Assembly: GCA_003566775.1 (NCBI GenBank)
Contig: PXBW01000087.1
Span: 1,649 to 65,648 of the forward strand
Reading direction: 5' to 3'
DNA from: a candidate division WS1 bacterium
GTDB lineage: Bacteria; Armatimonadota; Zipacnadia; Zipacnadales; UBA5352
DNA length: 64,000 nt
Below the pieces are notes generated by a model. That model had not been told where the DNA came from and made no database searches. It was given only the letters and a program-made list of their open reading frames with translations. Each line of letters begins with the position of its first letter. Position 1 is the first letter of the stretch. Position numbers and translations under genes: made by a program. Positions 6,906 to 16,747 of the stretch are shown here, piece by piece.

Positions 6906-9263
6906 TCAATCCTCCGGCAGGATCGCGAAGTCGTCGAACCAGAACTCCTGCTCCTGATCCTCGCGCCAGTTGGTGCGCAGCAGGAACTGCCGCAGGTACT
7001 GCTGCTCGGGAGGTGCCTCGCGAACCGCGCGCACATCGATCGTGATCTCGTGCCACTGACCGTCATCGATCAGTGTGTAAGTGCCGAGATCATCGTCGCG
7101 CTCGGCACGTGCGGGAGTTCCGCCGAGCGTGAAGCCGGCGGGCTGGTCCGGGCCGCCGAAGGTGTTCAACTCGATCCCCACCGGCACGCCCTCGGGAATG
7201 CGGTAGGAGAAGCGTACGAACGGATAAATATCAATATCCCACGCCCCGGGTGCGATCTGCGCGGCAGTGGTGTTGCGCTTGTTCTCGTCGTAGAACAGGT
7301 GCATGCACCTGCCCTCGCCGTCGGGACGGTCCACGCGCGCCTGCCCGGTCTGATGCCCCCGGTAGAACTTCATGTACCAGCCCCAGGTCTCCTGATAGGT
7401 TTCATCCTCGAAGTCGATCTCCACCCACGGCAGCACCGGATCTATACGCTCAGGGATGTTGATGAACAGGGCGGCGACCCCGCGCCTGCCGTCTGCGAAG
7501 ACCGCGCGGGCAGTGACGCCGTAGTGTCCGGTCTCGGCGTAGCTGTGAGTTGGGGCCTGCTCGTCGGAGAATGTGCCGTCCTCGAAGTCCCACGTGACAC
7601 TCTCTATCTCCTTGCCCAGGTTGTCGAGGCTGAACCGAATCGGCTGGCCGGGTTCTGCTACCGCCGGGTCTGCCAGCGCGATCAGCGCGGTCGGGTGCTG
7701 GACGCCGCGCTGATAGGCACCCAGGTCGGGTGCCTCGCCGCTCCACGGCAGGCTCACCGGCATCCCGTCCTCCCAGGTGACCTCGCGCTCGAGGTGCAGC
7801 AGGGCGGGGCGGTAGTAACGCAGTTCGACGCGCTGGATCTGCGCGAGGTTGTCGCCGGAGCCGATCGCGATGAAATCGCCCTCCTCGCCCTCGATGCCGA
7901 AGCCGTCGTAGAATGGAATGCCGTCGCTCACGGGGAGCGCGCTGCCGGTGCCCTCACCGATCGTCCATGCCAGCGGCGTGCCGGCGTCGATTGCCTCGCT
8001 CTGCGCGCTGAGGCGGTAGTCGCGGTTGTCTGCGTCCAGGAAGGCGGGGTCGGCGTCGATGTTGGCGTGGAACTCGGACCAGAAATCGCCGTGGGTGGCG
8101 GTGCGCTCGTTGGCCTCCTCGGCGGTCCAGAAGCTGTCGCCGTAGCGAACGACCGTCATTCCCGGTTCGGTGCCGCGGAACAGGTTGCTCACAAACTGAT
8201 TGTCGCGGCTTATGTTTTCGCGTCGAACTACCTGTACATTGCCCCCGTAGGGGTCATTGCCGTAGAAGATGTTGTTCTGGAAGATGTGCGCGCTTACGTT
8301 CATCCCGCCGAGGCTCCACGCCGGGCCGAGATTGTCGGTGAGCGTGTTGTGATAGAAGCGTGAGTTCATCGCGCGGAAGGGCCAGCGATAGAGACCGGTT
8401 CGGCTGACTCCGCGCCAGATGTAGCTGCTGGTGTTCAGCGGAGTGCCGAGGTTGTCGAAGACGCGGTTGAAGCGGAATATGCTTTCATCGTAGAGGTTCT
8501 TCGCAATCGGGTCGGCCGACCAGGCGCTGTCACGGGCCCGTGTGATGATGTTGTCTTCGATCAGCAGGCGTCCGGAGGACCAGAACGAGTAGTTGCGTCC
8601 CCACTCGGCGCGGAAGACGTTGCCGCGGATCACCGTATGTGACATCTGGGAGAGAACCATCGGACAGTGACCGACCCGCGTGAATGAGTTACCCTCTATC
8701 AACACTTGGGAGCAGTTCAACAGGTGAAAGGTGTCACCGGTGACGGTGTCTTTGCTGAAGACGTTGTCCAGAAGGTTGATGTGTGTGGAGTTGCGTATCC
8801 AGTGCATGGGGCGGGCCCTGCGCATGTAACAGCCCCGGATCGTCAGATGGCTTGAATCGTCTATTCTCAGCCATCCCCCCTCCAATCGACCATCGACCGC
8901 GAACCCCTCCACGACGACATGCTCGTGGCCGTCAAACTCCATGAGCAGTGGTACTGCTTCCGCCACCAGCCGCGCCGCTCGCGGCTCCACTGAGCGGTAG
9001 GTTATCGGTGCATCCGCGGTTCCGTTGTTCTCCGGTGTGATTACGCCTGTGTAATCGCCCTCAAGGAAGATCGCGGTGTCTCCCGGCTGAAGCGTCTCAT
9101 TGGCCTTCGCGATGCTCTGCCAGGGATTCTCGCGGTCGCCCGCTGCGGCATCATCACCGTCCGGCGAGAGGTAGTACTCGCCCGCGATGGTGGTGGGCGT
9201 GGCGATCAGTGCAATGCCGACCAGCATGATGAACACCTGCGCTGTTGCTCCCGCGTGTCTCAT
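6906..9263 (-). CDS. Secreted right-handed parallel beta-helix protein (polysaccharide lyase/glycosidase-like) with PKD domain and C-terminal binding-module-like domain
   Basis: Signal-peptide-like N-terminus (MRHAGATAQVFIMLVGIALIATPTTIAG). Repeated beta-helix turns: LIEGNSFTRVGH, VIRGNVFRAEWG, LIEDNIITRA, IFQNNIFYGND. PKD-like segment VTWDFEDGTFSDEQAPTHSYAETGHYGVTARA. Confidence 0.8.
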   Translation of the reverse strand: MRHAGATAQVFIMLVGIALIATPTTIAGEYYLSPDGDDAAAGDRENPWQSIAKANETLQPGDTAIFLEGDYTGVITPENNGTADAPITYRSVEPRAARLVAEAVPLLMEFDGHEHVVVEGFAVDGRLEGGWLRIDDSSHLTIRGCYMRRARPMHWIRNSTHINLLDNVFSKDTVTGDTFHLLNCSQVLIEGNSFTRVGHCPMVLSQMSHTVIRGNVFRAEWGRNYSFWSSGRLLIEDNIITRARDSAWSADPIAKNLYDESIFRFNRVFDNLGTPLNTSSYIWRGVSRTGLYRWPFRAMNSRFYHNTLTDNLGPAWSLGGMNVSAHIFQNNIFYGNDPYGGNVQVVRRENISRDNQFVSNLFRGTEPGMTVVRYGDSFWTAEEANERTATHGDFWSEFHANIDADPAFLDADNRDYRLSAQSEAIDAGTPLAWTIGEGTGSALPVSDGIPFYDGFGIEGEEGDFIAIGSGDNLAQIQRVELRYYRPALLHLEREVTWEDGMPVSLPWSGEAPDLGAYQRGVQHPTALIALADPAVAEPGQPIRFSLDNLGKEIESVTWDFEDGTFSDEQAPTHSYAETGHYGVTARAVFADGRRGVAALFINIPERIDPVLPWVEIDFEDETYQETWGWYMKFYRGHQTGQARVDRPDGEGRCMHLFYDENKRNTTAAQIAPGAWDIDIYPFVRFSYRIPEGVPVGIELNTFGGPDQPAGFTLGGTPARAERDDDLGTYTLIDDGQWHEITIDVRAVREAPPEQQYLRQFLLRTNWREDQEQEFWFDDFAILPED
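6912..7011. repeat. Partner copy of the ~100-nt repeat at 4954-5053
   Basis: Encodes in frame the C-terminus EQQYLRQFLLRTNWREDQEQEFWFDDFAILPED of the 785-aa protein. Confidence 0.85.
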
Positions 9264-9293
9264 ATCGCTGCCTCCTGAATGACTGGCACCGGC

Positions 9294-10592
9294 TCAACGC
9301 GTTTCCGGTCGTGAACCGCGCTCTTCACGCAGAACCACGGTCTCTCCTGAGCGGACGTCCTTGAAAGCAATCTCACCGTTCGGCGCTAACCGCAGATCGA
9401 ACATGCCCTCATCGTAGAAAGCCGCAAGCGTGGGATTGCGCACTGTAGTCTCCTGCACGACGCAGTAGGCGCCGTCTGTCATAAGCCCCACCCGCGGCTC
9501 CTCGGTGCCCCAGCGCGGCGAGAAGCGCGCTACGCCGACGTGGCCCGCATCGGTGTCTGTTGTCTCAAGCGCAAGCCTGGGCTCGAGACCTCGTTCATCC
9601 CAGGGTCTGGCCAACATCATTGGCGCCGCCGTGATGTGAAGCCCCCTCGCCTTGAGATATTCCGTCCGCTCCTGCCACTCTCCCGCTGGAAGATGCAGAT
9701 CGCCCGACTCACCTGCGCGCGCCGTCACAATGCGTATCCCGTCCGCGCCGAGCACCGGAGCCGGCAACGGAATCGCGGAGGCCTCGTCAGCCAGCGCGAC
9801 CAGATGCAGGCTGGTGCCGTCCGTGATGGCTATCAGCAGACCGCTTCCTCCGGCTCCGCCATCCAGCAGCGCGACCTGATGGTACTCGGTCCGGCGGCGC
9901 ATGAGGGTGCCACGATCCTCCTCGGGCAGCCCGCCCGCCACAAGCAGATGACCGCTTACCTTCGCCCATGCGGGCCCGCCTGCATGGATAGCGTGGAATT
10001 CGACCTCCCCGTAATCGAGAACCCGGCGAGCATACGGTCCCACGGTCTCGGTTACGCGCCTATGCAGCTTCTCACGTTCCTCGGAGCTGAGCGGATGATC
10101 GGCCAGCGGAGCATCAGGATGGTGCATCGCCACCCGATCCAGTGATAGTCCGCGGGAATCTCGATTCAGAAACCGCAGCGTTACCTTCCCTGCAGGCAGT
10201 TCCAGCGGCTCAAAGGGCAGAGTGATCTTGTCGAAATCACCCCAGCTACCGGTGGTCTGAAGCTCGATCTCCCCGAGTTCCTCGCCGTCAAGCAGCACCA
10301 CGCGGTCTGTGTCAGGCCAGTTGAGGGCGTAGCGGATGCTAATCAGGTACTCTCCCGCGACCGGCAGGTCGAACTCCAGATCCAGCCAGCTTCCCGGATC
10401 CTCCCAGTAACTGACGGTGAGACCCCGGGACGCCTCTGCGCGCTCTATCACCCTGATCCCGTGCATATCCGCGTAGTCCTCAGCCTCGACCCGCACCACC
10501 GGAGGGGGAGCGCCGTCGTCGGCCCCGACCATGGCCCAGCATGGCACCAATAGCACTGTCGTGATCGCAATTGCTGTGAGTAGGTGCTTCAT
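9294..10592 (-). CDS. Secreted protein with N-terminal CBM6/CBM35-like carbohydrate-binding module
   Basis: Signal peptide MKHLLTAIAITTVLLVPCWAMVGA, followed by VVRVEAEDYADMHGIRVIE...GSWLDLEFDLPVAGEYLISIRYA...GSWGDFDKITL, the pattern typical of CBM6/35. The start overlaps the upstream stop (TGATG at 10590-10594). Confidence 0.65.
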   Translation of the reverse strand: MKHLLTAIAITTVLLVPCWAMVGADDGAPPPVVRVEAEDYADMHGIRVIERAEASRGLTVSYWEDPGSWLDLEFDLPVAGEYLISIRYALNWPDTDRVVLLDGEELGEIELQTTGSWGDFDKITLPFEPLELPAGKVTLRFLNRDSRGLSLDRVAMHHPDAPLADHPLSSEEREKLHRRVTETVGPYARRVLDYGEVEFHAIHAGGPAWAKVSGHLLVAGGLPEEDRGTLMRRRTEYHQVALLDGGAGGSGLLIAITDGTSLHLVALADEASAIPLPAPVLGADGIRIVTARAGESGDLHLPAGEWQERTEYLKARGLHITAAPMMLARPWDERGLEPRLALETTDTDAGHVGVARFSPRWGTEEPRVGLMTDGAYCVVQETTVRNPTLAAFYDEGMFDLRLAPNGEIAFKDVRSGETVVLREERGSRPETR

Positions 10593-12730
10593 CAGTCAGT
10601 CACCACCAGCACGTGTGATTCAGCGGGAATTGTCACTTCGAACTCCCCATCCCTTACCGCGACCTCCGCGGGCGCTTCGCGAATCTCTTCAGGCGGCCAC
10701 GCGAACTCACCGTTGAGTATCTCGAACTGGGAGCGCGGCCCATCATAGTCAGTAGGCGGGGAGTACACCGTCACACTCGCTCCCGCCGCCGGGCCGCGAT
10801 ACACCGTATCCTCGGTCTCCTCGTTGTGCAGCAGCATCACGTGACGGTCTTCCTCCTCCAGCAGGAAGCCGCGCACGGAGCCCTCGCGGATCGGCTCCAC
10901 AGTCGCGGCAAGCTCAGACCAGTACGGCAGGACCTCTACCACGTAGAAGTTCTCCTCCCCCTTCCCGTACTCCCACGGCGGCTCCTCGCCCGACATCATG
11001 CGTTCGTCCATCAAGCGCAACTCCCGACTGCGCGGGCTGAGCCCCGGATCTTCTTCGGTCTCAGCCGTCTCGATCCCGGCGAGGTTGCTGTCGTGGATGC
11101 GAGCGATGAGGCCCCCGTATCGGAACATGTCGTCCGCACCCACCTCGAATTCCCGATCTCTGCCGAAGTTCATGCGCCCCTGCACGCCGGCCGCCTCGGT
11201 GTCCTCCAGCGGGCGGATCGTCAACATCCCCACGAGGCGGTTACGTGAGAGGTACCACTGCTGAAGGCCCTCCCAGGGCATTTCGGGGTTTGGGGAGCCG
11301 CCCCACGCCGGGCGCGTGATTCGGTAACGCACCGCCTGGCTGGCGAACTCATCGGCCACCATCACACTGTGCCGCTCGCTCCCGGAGTGATAGCGCGCGT
11401 TTTGCCAGTGTGGCCCGTCGGGGCGTAGCCGATACTCGATAGTGGCTATCTGCAGCGCTGCGTCCAGCGGATCGCCGTCTGGATCGCTGATCATACAGCC
11501 GACGAAGGTGTCACGCCCGATGCCTCCACCCGGAGTCACGCGCGAGGTGCCCGCGAAGGAGAAGGAGCCGAACTGCCCGCGGGGACCCATCGTGTTCGAA
11601 TCGTAAATCAGCCAGTTGTCCCGCACCGGCGCAGGCTCAATGTCCTTCCACCACGACACCGCACGGACAGCAATGAGTCCGGTTTCGTGCCTTCGAGCGT
11701 TGAGCGCCGCCCGCTTGTTCTCGTCACAGTTGAACATGCCCGCCTTCGTCTCGGCGCCTGAAGCCATCGCAGGGTGCCAGTTGTGCTTCCACGACACATC
11801 GGTGGAGTGCTCGACGAAGCCTCCGGGGGTGTGCACGAGGGGGTAGTAGGGGCGCGACCGATGGAGTATATCACGCGCGCGCTCGTCCCCACTCAGTTCG
11901 TAGTAGCGCGCAAGCAGTAGCGTGTTGTAATAGTGATAGACGTAGACCTCGTTCTGCATTCGCGTGTAGGTCCATGCCCCCATCGGCAGCAGTCCTTCGT
12001 CCATGAGAGCAACGAAGCGGTCACGCTCGACGGCGTATCGCTGATCACCGTAGATGTGATATGCAAGCTCCATCAGCAATAGATAGTGCACGTCCATGTT
12101 CGGGTATAGATGCGGGCGCTCCGGCGGGCTGTGCTCATACCAGCGGAAGCCGTAGGTGTCGTACTGGTATTGCACCATCTCCCGCATCGCATCCCGCCAC
12201 GCCGTGCGCTTTGAGGGAAGCACGGTCCACTGCCGGTGCTCATTAATCTGCAGAAGTGTCTCGAGCGTGGGGGTAAGCTCGAAGCGGTCAATGTTCCAGT
12301 CGCGTGAGGCGCGGTGTGGCGTTATGCTGCCGCCAAGCTGGTGATCTGTCATCGCCTGCAGGTGAGTGAACACGCGCTGCAGCAGACGTGGATCGTGTTG
12401 CAGATCGCTGCGTGGGTCCAGCAGGCCCCATGCGAGCACCTGTGCGTTCGTTCCGCCGCCTCGAAAGCTCTCCAGTTCGAGATAGCCCTCGAAGCCCTTC
12501 GGGTAGAGCCGGGTCTCCTGTGCCCGGCCCTCCATCTCATCGTTGAGTTGAGCGACGTAGGGGTTCCCGTCACGCGTGGGGTCAGCGGGACGAAGTTCGA
12601 CTTGTGCGAGGATCTCCTCCGCCCTTTCGCAATAGTCGAGAACATCGCTTAACGTCGCATGGGCCTCGCGGCCGAGTCCCGCCTCGATTGCAAGCTCCGC
12701 GTCCTGCAGCGCCCACTGCAGGGCGGCCAC
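10592..12730 (-). CDS. Large hypothetical protein (helical N-half, beta-rich C-half; possibly lyase/hydrolase-like), no signal peptide; in the same frame as the upstream ORF across a single TAG
   Basis: 712-aa ORF beginning at GTG 12730 with balanced, non-low-complexity composition. I recognise no family motif. See the finding on TAG 12773-12775. Confidence 0.6.
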   Translation of the reverse strand: MAALQWALQDAELAIEAGLGREAHATLSDVLDYCERAEEILAQVELRPADPTRDGNPYVAQLNDEMEGRAQETRLYPKGFEGYLELESFRGGGTNAQVLAWGLLDPRSDLQHDPRLLQRVFTHLQAMTDHQLGGSITPHRASRDWNIDRFELTPTLETLLQINEHRQWTVLPSKRTAWRDAMREMVQYQYDTYGFRWYEHSPPERPHLYPNMDVHYLLLMELAYHIYGDQRYAVERDRFVALMDEGLLPMGAWTYTRMQNEVYVYHYYNTLLLARYYELSGDERARDILHRSRPYYPLVHTPGGFVEHSTDVSWKHNWHPAMASGAETKAGMFNCDENKRAALNARRHETGLIAVRAVSWWKDIEPAPVRDNWLIYDSNTMGPRGQFGSFSFAGTSRVTPGGGIGRDTFVGCMISDPDGDPLDAALQIATIEYRLRPDGPHWQNARYHSGSERHSVMVADEFASQAVRYRITRPAWGGSPNPEMPWEGLQQWYLSRNRLVGMLTIRPLEDTEAAGVQGRMNFGRDREFEVGADDMFRYGGLIARIHDSNLAGIETAETEEDPGLSPRSRELRLMDERMMSGEEPPWEYGKGEENFYVVEVLPYWSELAATVEPIREGSVRGFLLEEEDRHVMLLHNEETEDTVYRGPAAGASVTVYSPPTDYDGPRSQFEILNGEFAWPPEEIREAPAEVAVRDGEFEVTIPAESHVLVVTD

Positions 12731-12772
12731 CAGCAGGTCGCCTTCGGTCTCCGTAACCCGCTCGTCGACCTG

Positions 12773-14002
12773 CTAGACCTGTTCACGCGCCTGAGCGAGC
12801 GTCTCTCCCGAGTCCGGCAGCAGGCGCTCGTCCTCGGCCTGCTCCCGCTCAAGCTGCGCCCTGCGCTCCACGTCGGTGCCGAGATGCGTGTCATCCCAGT
12901 GCACTGTTCCCGTCGCCCAGGCGTTGCGCAGTTGCACCTCCGCGCGAACTGTCTGCGGCGGCGCATCGAAGTCCAGCGTCAGATGCGACCAGTCATCCTC
13001 CGAGGCGCTTCCGTACGCGTAGAAGTAGAGGATCACCCGCCCGTTCTCATCAAGCGCGCTGATGCGCGCCACCGGTCCCTGGCGCGGCTCCGGATCCATT
13101 CCCTCGGTCATGTACCACGCCTCGAACCGCCACGGACCGGGTATCAGCGGGACCTGTGTCACCCACGCGCCTCGTCCGGCATCTGAAAGACACTCCACCG
13201 CGACGCTACGCTCCCCGGTGCGCCCGCGGTCGGTCTGATAGTGCATCTCCACCGAATCGGGCGGGGGCGCGCTGGATGACACCGGGTATCCCTCGCTGCC
13301 GGTGGCGCCCCGTTCCCAGAAGTCCGGGGCGTCCGGCTGACCGGCCTGAATCTGGAAGCTCGGATTCGGCAGCACGTTGCCGCCGTCGGTGGCGGGCTCT
13401 CCCTCCAGTCGTTCAGCCTCCTCCGCCCAGCGGCGCACTGCCTCGTTCTCCGAGGCCATGGCCGGGGTCGCACTGACATCGCTCCACCAGACGATTCCAG
13501 GTTGGAAGAAGTTGAACAGTGACACCTTTGCCCGCACCGCGTCGTCGGGAGCGGGCAGCAGCAGTTCGAAGCGCGTCCACTCCTCCGAGGAGCTGAATCT
13601 GCGGTGCACCGAGTGTATGTGACGGTCATCGGAATCGTCCCGCCACCAGATGACGCGCACCGTGGCGGCATCTTCGGCGTCGATGTCCTCGGTGCGGTAC
13701 CATCCGGTCATGTGCAGGTGACGTCCCTCGCCAAGATCGATGACCTGCACCCATGAGCCGCGCTCACCCTCGCCGCGGCTGCGCACACCGACGGCGCCGC
13801 CGCCGTCGTGACCGCCCTCAGGCTCATAGAAGCTTTCGGCATCGGTCCCGTAGAAGCCGAAGCGCCATCCTTCAGGAGTGCCATCATCAGGCCCGGGGTG
13901 AAATACGGGATTATCGAATAACTCGTCTGCTTCTGCCGCCGGACCCGCCAGGACGACACACATCAGTGTGGCGATGGTGATCAGCACCTCAGGAAAGTTC
14001 AC
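12773..14002 (-). CDS. Exported protein with three CBM4_9-like (jelly-roll) repeats
   Basis: Probable GTG start at 14002, 8 nt after GGAGG, giving VNFPEVLITIATLMCVVLAGPAAEA as a signal peptide; the ORF track extends to 14251. Three repeats begin NPVFHPGPDDGTPEGW, NVLPNPSFQIQAGQPDAPDFW and similar, and each ends in a G(T/I)VxW(D/S)D-type strand. Confidence 0.65.
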   Translation of the reverse strand: MNFPEVLITIATLMCVVLAGPAAEADELFDNPVFHPGPDDGTPEGWRFGFYGTDAESFYEPEGGHDGGGAVGVRSRGEGERGSWVQVIDLGEGRHLHMTGWYRTEDIDAEDAATVRVIWWRDDSDDRHIHSVHRRFSSSEEWTRFELLLPAPDDAVRAKVSLFNFFQPGIVWWSDVSATPAMASENEAVRRWAEEAERLEGEPATDGGNVLPNPSFQIQAGQPDAPDFWERGATGSEGYPVSSSAPPPDSVEMHYQTDRGRTGERSVAVECLSDAGRGAWVTQVPLIPGPWRFEAWYMTEGMDPEPRQGPVARISALDENGRVILYFYAYGSASEDDWSHLTLDFDAPPQTVRAEVQLRNAWATGTVHWDDTHLGTDVERRAQLEREQAEDERLLPDSGETLAQAREQV

Positions 14003-14296
14003 CGTGGGCACCTCCGGGTCGCCTACCAACGAATCTGTATTCGACGTGTAAGCCGCAACTTCGCCGGCCCTGGAGGACTCCCCTTCAACCGTACCCCCCA
14101 GCCACCGGCGGTTCAGCAGCACTCCCCGACTGCTGTCCACCCGGATTCCGTGCCTGCTGAACGACTTCTCGGGTCGGAGACATCGCTTCCCATACCGGTC
14201 ACAGGGAGCAGAGGTCACCCTTGACACAGTGAACATCCCGGCTATCATCAACGTATCATCATACGGAGCAGCTAAAATCTACTGTAAAGGTGAAGA

Positions 14297-16747
14297 ATGA
14301 CCCGGGAGGATAGCGCGAGCAAGGCAATCATCCGCCGTCGCGTTCTGGTGGAGGGCATTGTGCAGGGTGTTGGCTTCCGTCCGCATGTGCACAGGCTCGC
14401 CCGTGCCCTCGGACTCAGCGGATTCGCGCGTAACGTGGCCGGTGGCCTTGTGGTCGAGGTTGAGGGAGGGCGGGAGCGGGTCGGCGAGTTCGTCGAATGC
14501 CTCGAGCGCAACGCTCCGCCTATCGCGGTGATAGAGAGTGTCCAAACGGAGACCCTCGACCCTGTGGGTGATGAGGAATTCGCGATCATCTCCAGCAGCG
14601 ATGCATCGGAGGGTGAGATATACATCTCGCCGGATGTAGCCATCTGCGCGGATTGTGCGCGGGAGTTGCGCGATCCATCCGACCGGCGCTTCGGCCACCC
14701 ATTCATCAACTGCACCAACTGTGGTCCGCGTTTCACCATAATCGAGAGCGTTCCCTATGATCGCCGCAGGACCTCGATGGGCGTTTTCCCGATGTGTGAC
14801 ACCTGCCGCGCGGAGTACGAGGAGATCACCGATCGCCGCTATCACGCCCAGCCCGTCGCCTGCCCTGAGTGTGGCCCAGGAGTGGAGTTTGCAGCGCAAG
14901 ACACGCGCGAGAGTGGGGCGGAGGCCATCGCCGCCGCAAAGGAGATATTGCGCGCGGGCATGATCGTCGCGATCAAGGGTCTGGGGGGCTTTCATCTTGC
15001 CTGTGATGCGGATGATGACGCCGCCGTGCGTCGTTTGCGGCGGCGCAAACACCGAGAGGCGAAGCCGCTGGCAGTGATGGCGCGTGACATTGATACGATA
15101 CGCCGCTTCGCCCTGGTCACGGAAGCCGCCGAGGCACTCCTCACCGGTCCGGAGGCGCCGATTGTCCTGTTGAAAAGGCGCGATGATACACCGCTGGCGG
15201 ATTCGGTGGCGCCTGATATCGATAGCTACGGTGTGATGCTGCCGTACACGCCATTGCACATATTGCTGCTCGAGAAGATCGATCTGAGGGCTCTCGTGAT
15301 GACCAGCGGCAATCTGTCCGACGAGCCGCTGGCGACGGAGAATCGAGAAGCAATGGGGCGGCTTCAGGGAATCGCCGACGGCTTTCTCATGCATAACCGC
15401 GAAATATTCATCGGCTGCGACGATTCGGTAATTCGTCCGACCTCGCGCGGTCCGGTCATGCTGCGAAGATCACGCGGGTACGTGCCGTTTCCGGTGAGGG
15501 TGGAGGCTGGGGAGGCGGGGACTCTGCGAACGACGCACGGACAGGAGTGTCCGTGCCACGGATCGCGAGATGGCGGGGAAGGAGCGACAACGCGGCGGGG
15601 CACGGGTCCCCGCCCTGCAGAGGTGACGCGGGACATCGGGCCGCGGCCCACGAAGACGCCGTGCATCCTCGCGGTCGGGGGGCATTTGAAGAACACCTTC
15701 TGTCTGACGCGAGGGAGCAACGCGTTTCTGAGTCAGCACACAGGCGATCTCGAGGACCTGCAGACGCTGGAGTACTTCGAGCGGTCAATCGAGCACTTCA
15801 GGATGTTGCTGCAGGTCGAACCGGAGGGACTTGCCTGTGACCTGCATCCGGACTTTCTCTCCACGCGCCATGCTGAGGACCTCGCGGAGCAGCGGGGGCT
15901 GCCGCTCGAACGTGTACAGCACCATCACGCGCATCTCGCGGCGGTACTGGTGGAAAATCGCCTGCCTGGTCCGGCGGTAGGCCTGATCTGCGACGGTACC
16001 GGCTACGGTGCAGACGGTACCATCTGGGGGTGTGAGGTGCTGGTGGGCGATGCGGCCGAGTATGAGCGTGCAGGGCATCTACACACGATTCGACTTGCGG
16101 GGGCGGAAGCGGCGATCCACGAGCCATGGCGTGTTGCCGCGACGTGGTTGAGGGAGAGCTTCGGAGCGGGCTTTGAGGAGCAACCGACGATCCCGTTCGT
16201 GGCGCGGCTCGATCCTGAGGCGTGGGCGACACTGTGCAGCATGATCGACAACGAAGTGAATGCCCCGGTCGCGTCATCAGCGGGCAGGCTGTTCGATGCG
16301 GTAGCTGCGCTGCTCGGGCTGTGCGATCGCGTCGAGTACGAGGCAGAGGGGCCGATGAAGCTGGAGGCCATCGCGCTCCGAGGCGAGAAGCCCTACGCAT
16401 ACCATGTGCAGGAGAATGAAGGAGAGCTGATCCTCGATCCGAGGCCCGCCTTCCGCGCGATGGTGGGGGAGATCATGCAGGGGGTAACGCAGGCGGAGAT
16501 TGCCGGGCGTTTCCACGCGACCTTCGTTCAGATGCTGGCCGATTCGGCTGAGAAGAGCGCGGACGCACATGGGATTGACCTGATTGCTCTCTCGGGTGGC
16601 ACTTTTCAGAACCGCATCATATTGGAGGACCTGATGGACGAACTTGAGCGCAGGAAGCTGAGGCCGATCATGCACACCGCTGTCCCACCGGGCGACGGCT
16701 GCGTTGCGCTCGGGCAGGCCGCGGTGGCGATGGCGAGGTGGCAGTGA
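14297..16747 (+). CDS. hypF: [NiFe]-hydrogenase maturation carbamoyltransferase HypF
   Basis: Acylphosphatase domain (VEGIVQGVGFRPHVHRLA), two zinc-finger pairs (CADCARE...CTNCGPRF; CDTCRAEY...CPECGP), a YrdC-like segment and a Kae1-like C-terminal domain (GGHLKNTFCL...LSGGTFQN). It carries an extra ~50-aa low-complexity insert. Confidence 0.95.
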   Translation: MTREDSASKAIIRRRVLVEGIVQGVGFRPHVHRLARALGLSGFARNVAGGLVVEVEGGRERVGEFVECLERNAPPIAVIESVQTETLDPVGDEEFAIISSSDASEGEIYISPDVAICADCARELRDPSDRRFGHPFINCTNCGPRFTIIESVPYDRRRTSMGVFPMCDTCRAEYEEITDRRYHAQPVACPECGPGVEFAAQDTRESGAEAIAAAKEILRAGMIVAIKGLGGFHLACDADDDAAVRRLRRRKHREAKPLAVMARDIDTIRRFALVTEAAEALLTGPEAPIVLLKRRDDTPLADSVAPDIDSYGVMLPYTPLHILLLEKIDLRALVMTSGNLSDEPLATENREAMGRLQGIADGFLMHNREIFIGCDDSVIRPTSRGPVMLRRSRGYVPFPVRVEAGEAGTLRTTHGQECPCHGSRDGGEGATTRRGTGPRPAEVTRDIGPRPTKTPCILAVGGHLKNTFCLTRGSNAFLSQHTGDLEDLQTLEYFERSIEHFRMLLQVEPEGLACDLHPDFLSTRHAEDLAEQRGLPLERVQHHHAHLAAVLVENRLPGPAVGLICDGTGYGADGTIWGCEVLVGDAAEYERAGHLHTIRLAGAEAAIHEPWRVAATWLRESFGAGFEEQPTIPFVARLDPEAWATLCSMIDNEVNAPVASSAGRLFDAVAALLGLCDRVEYEAEGPMKLEAIALRGEKPYAYHVQENEGELILDPRPAFRAMVGEIMQGVTQAEIAGRFHATFVQMLADSAEKSADAHGIDLIALSGGTFQNRIILEDLMDELERRKLRPIMHTAVPPGDGCVALGQAAVAMARWQ

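Noticed and set aside
6690-8363. 557-aa plus-strand ORF
   Set aside because: It is antisense to the beta-helix/PKD gene, which has clear domain motifs. It is Val/Ala/Gly/Arg-rich junk.
14279-15394. 371-aa minus-strand ORF and other overlapping ORFs across hypF
   Set aside because: They overlap the unambiguous hypF reading frame and are composition artefacts.
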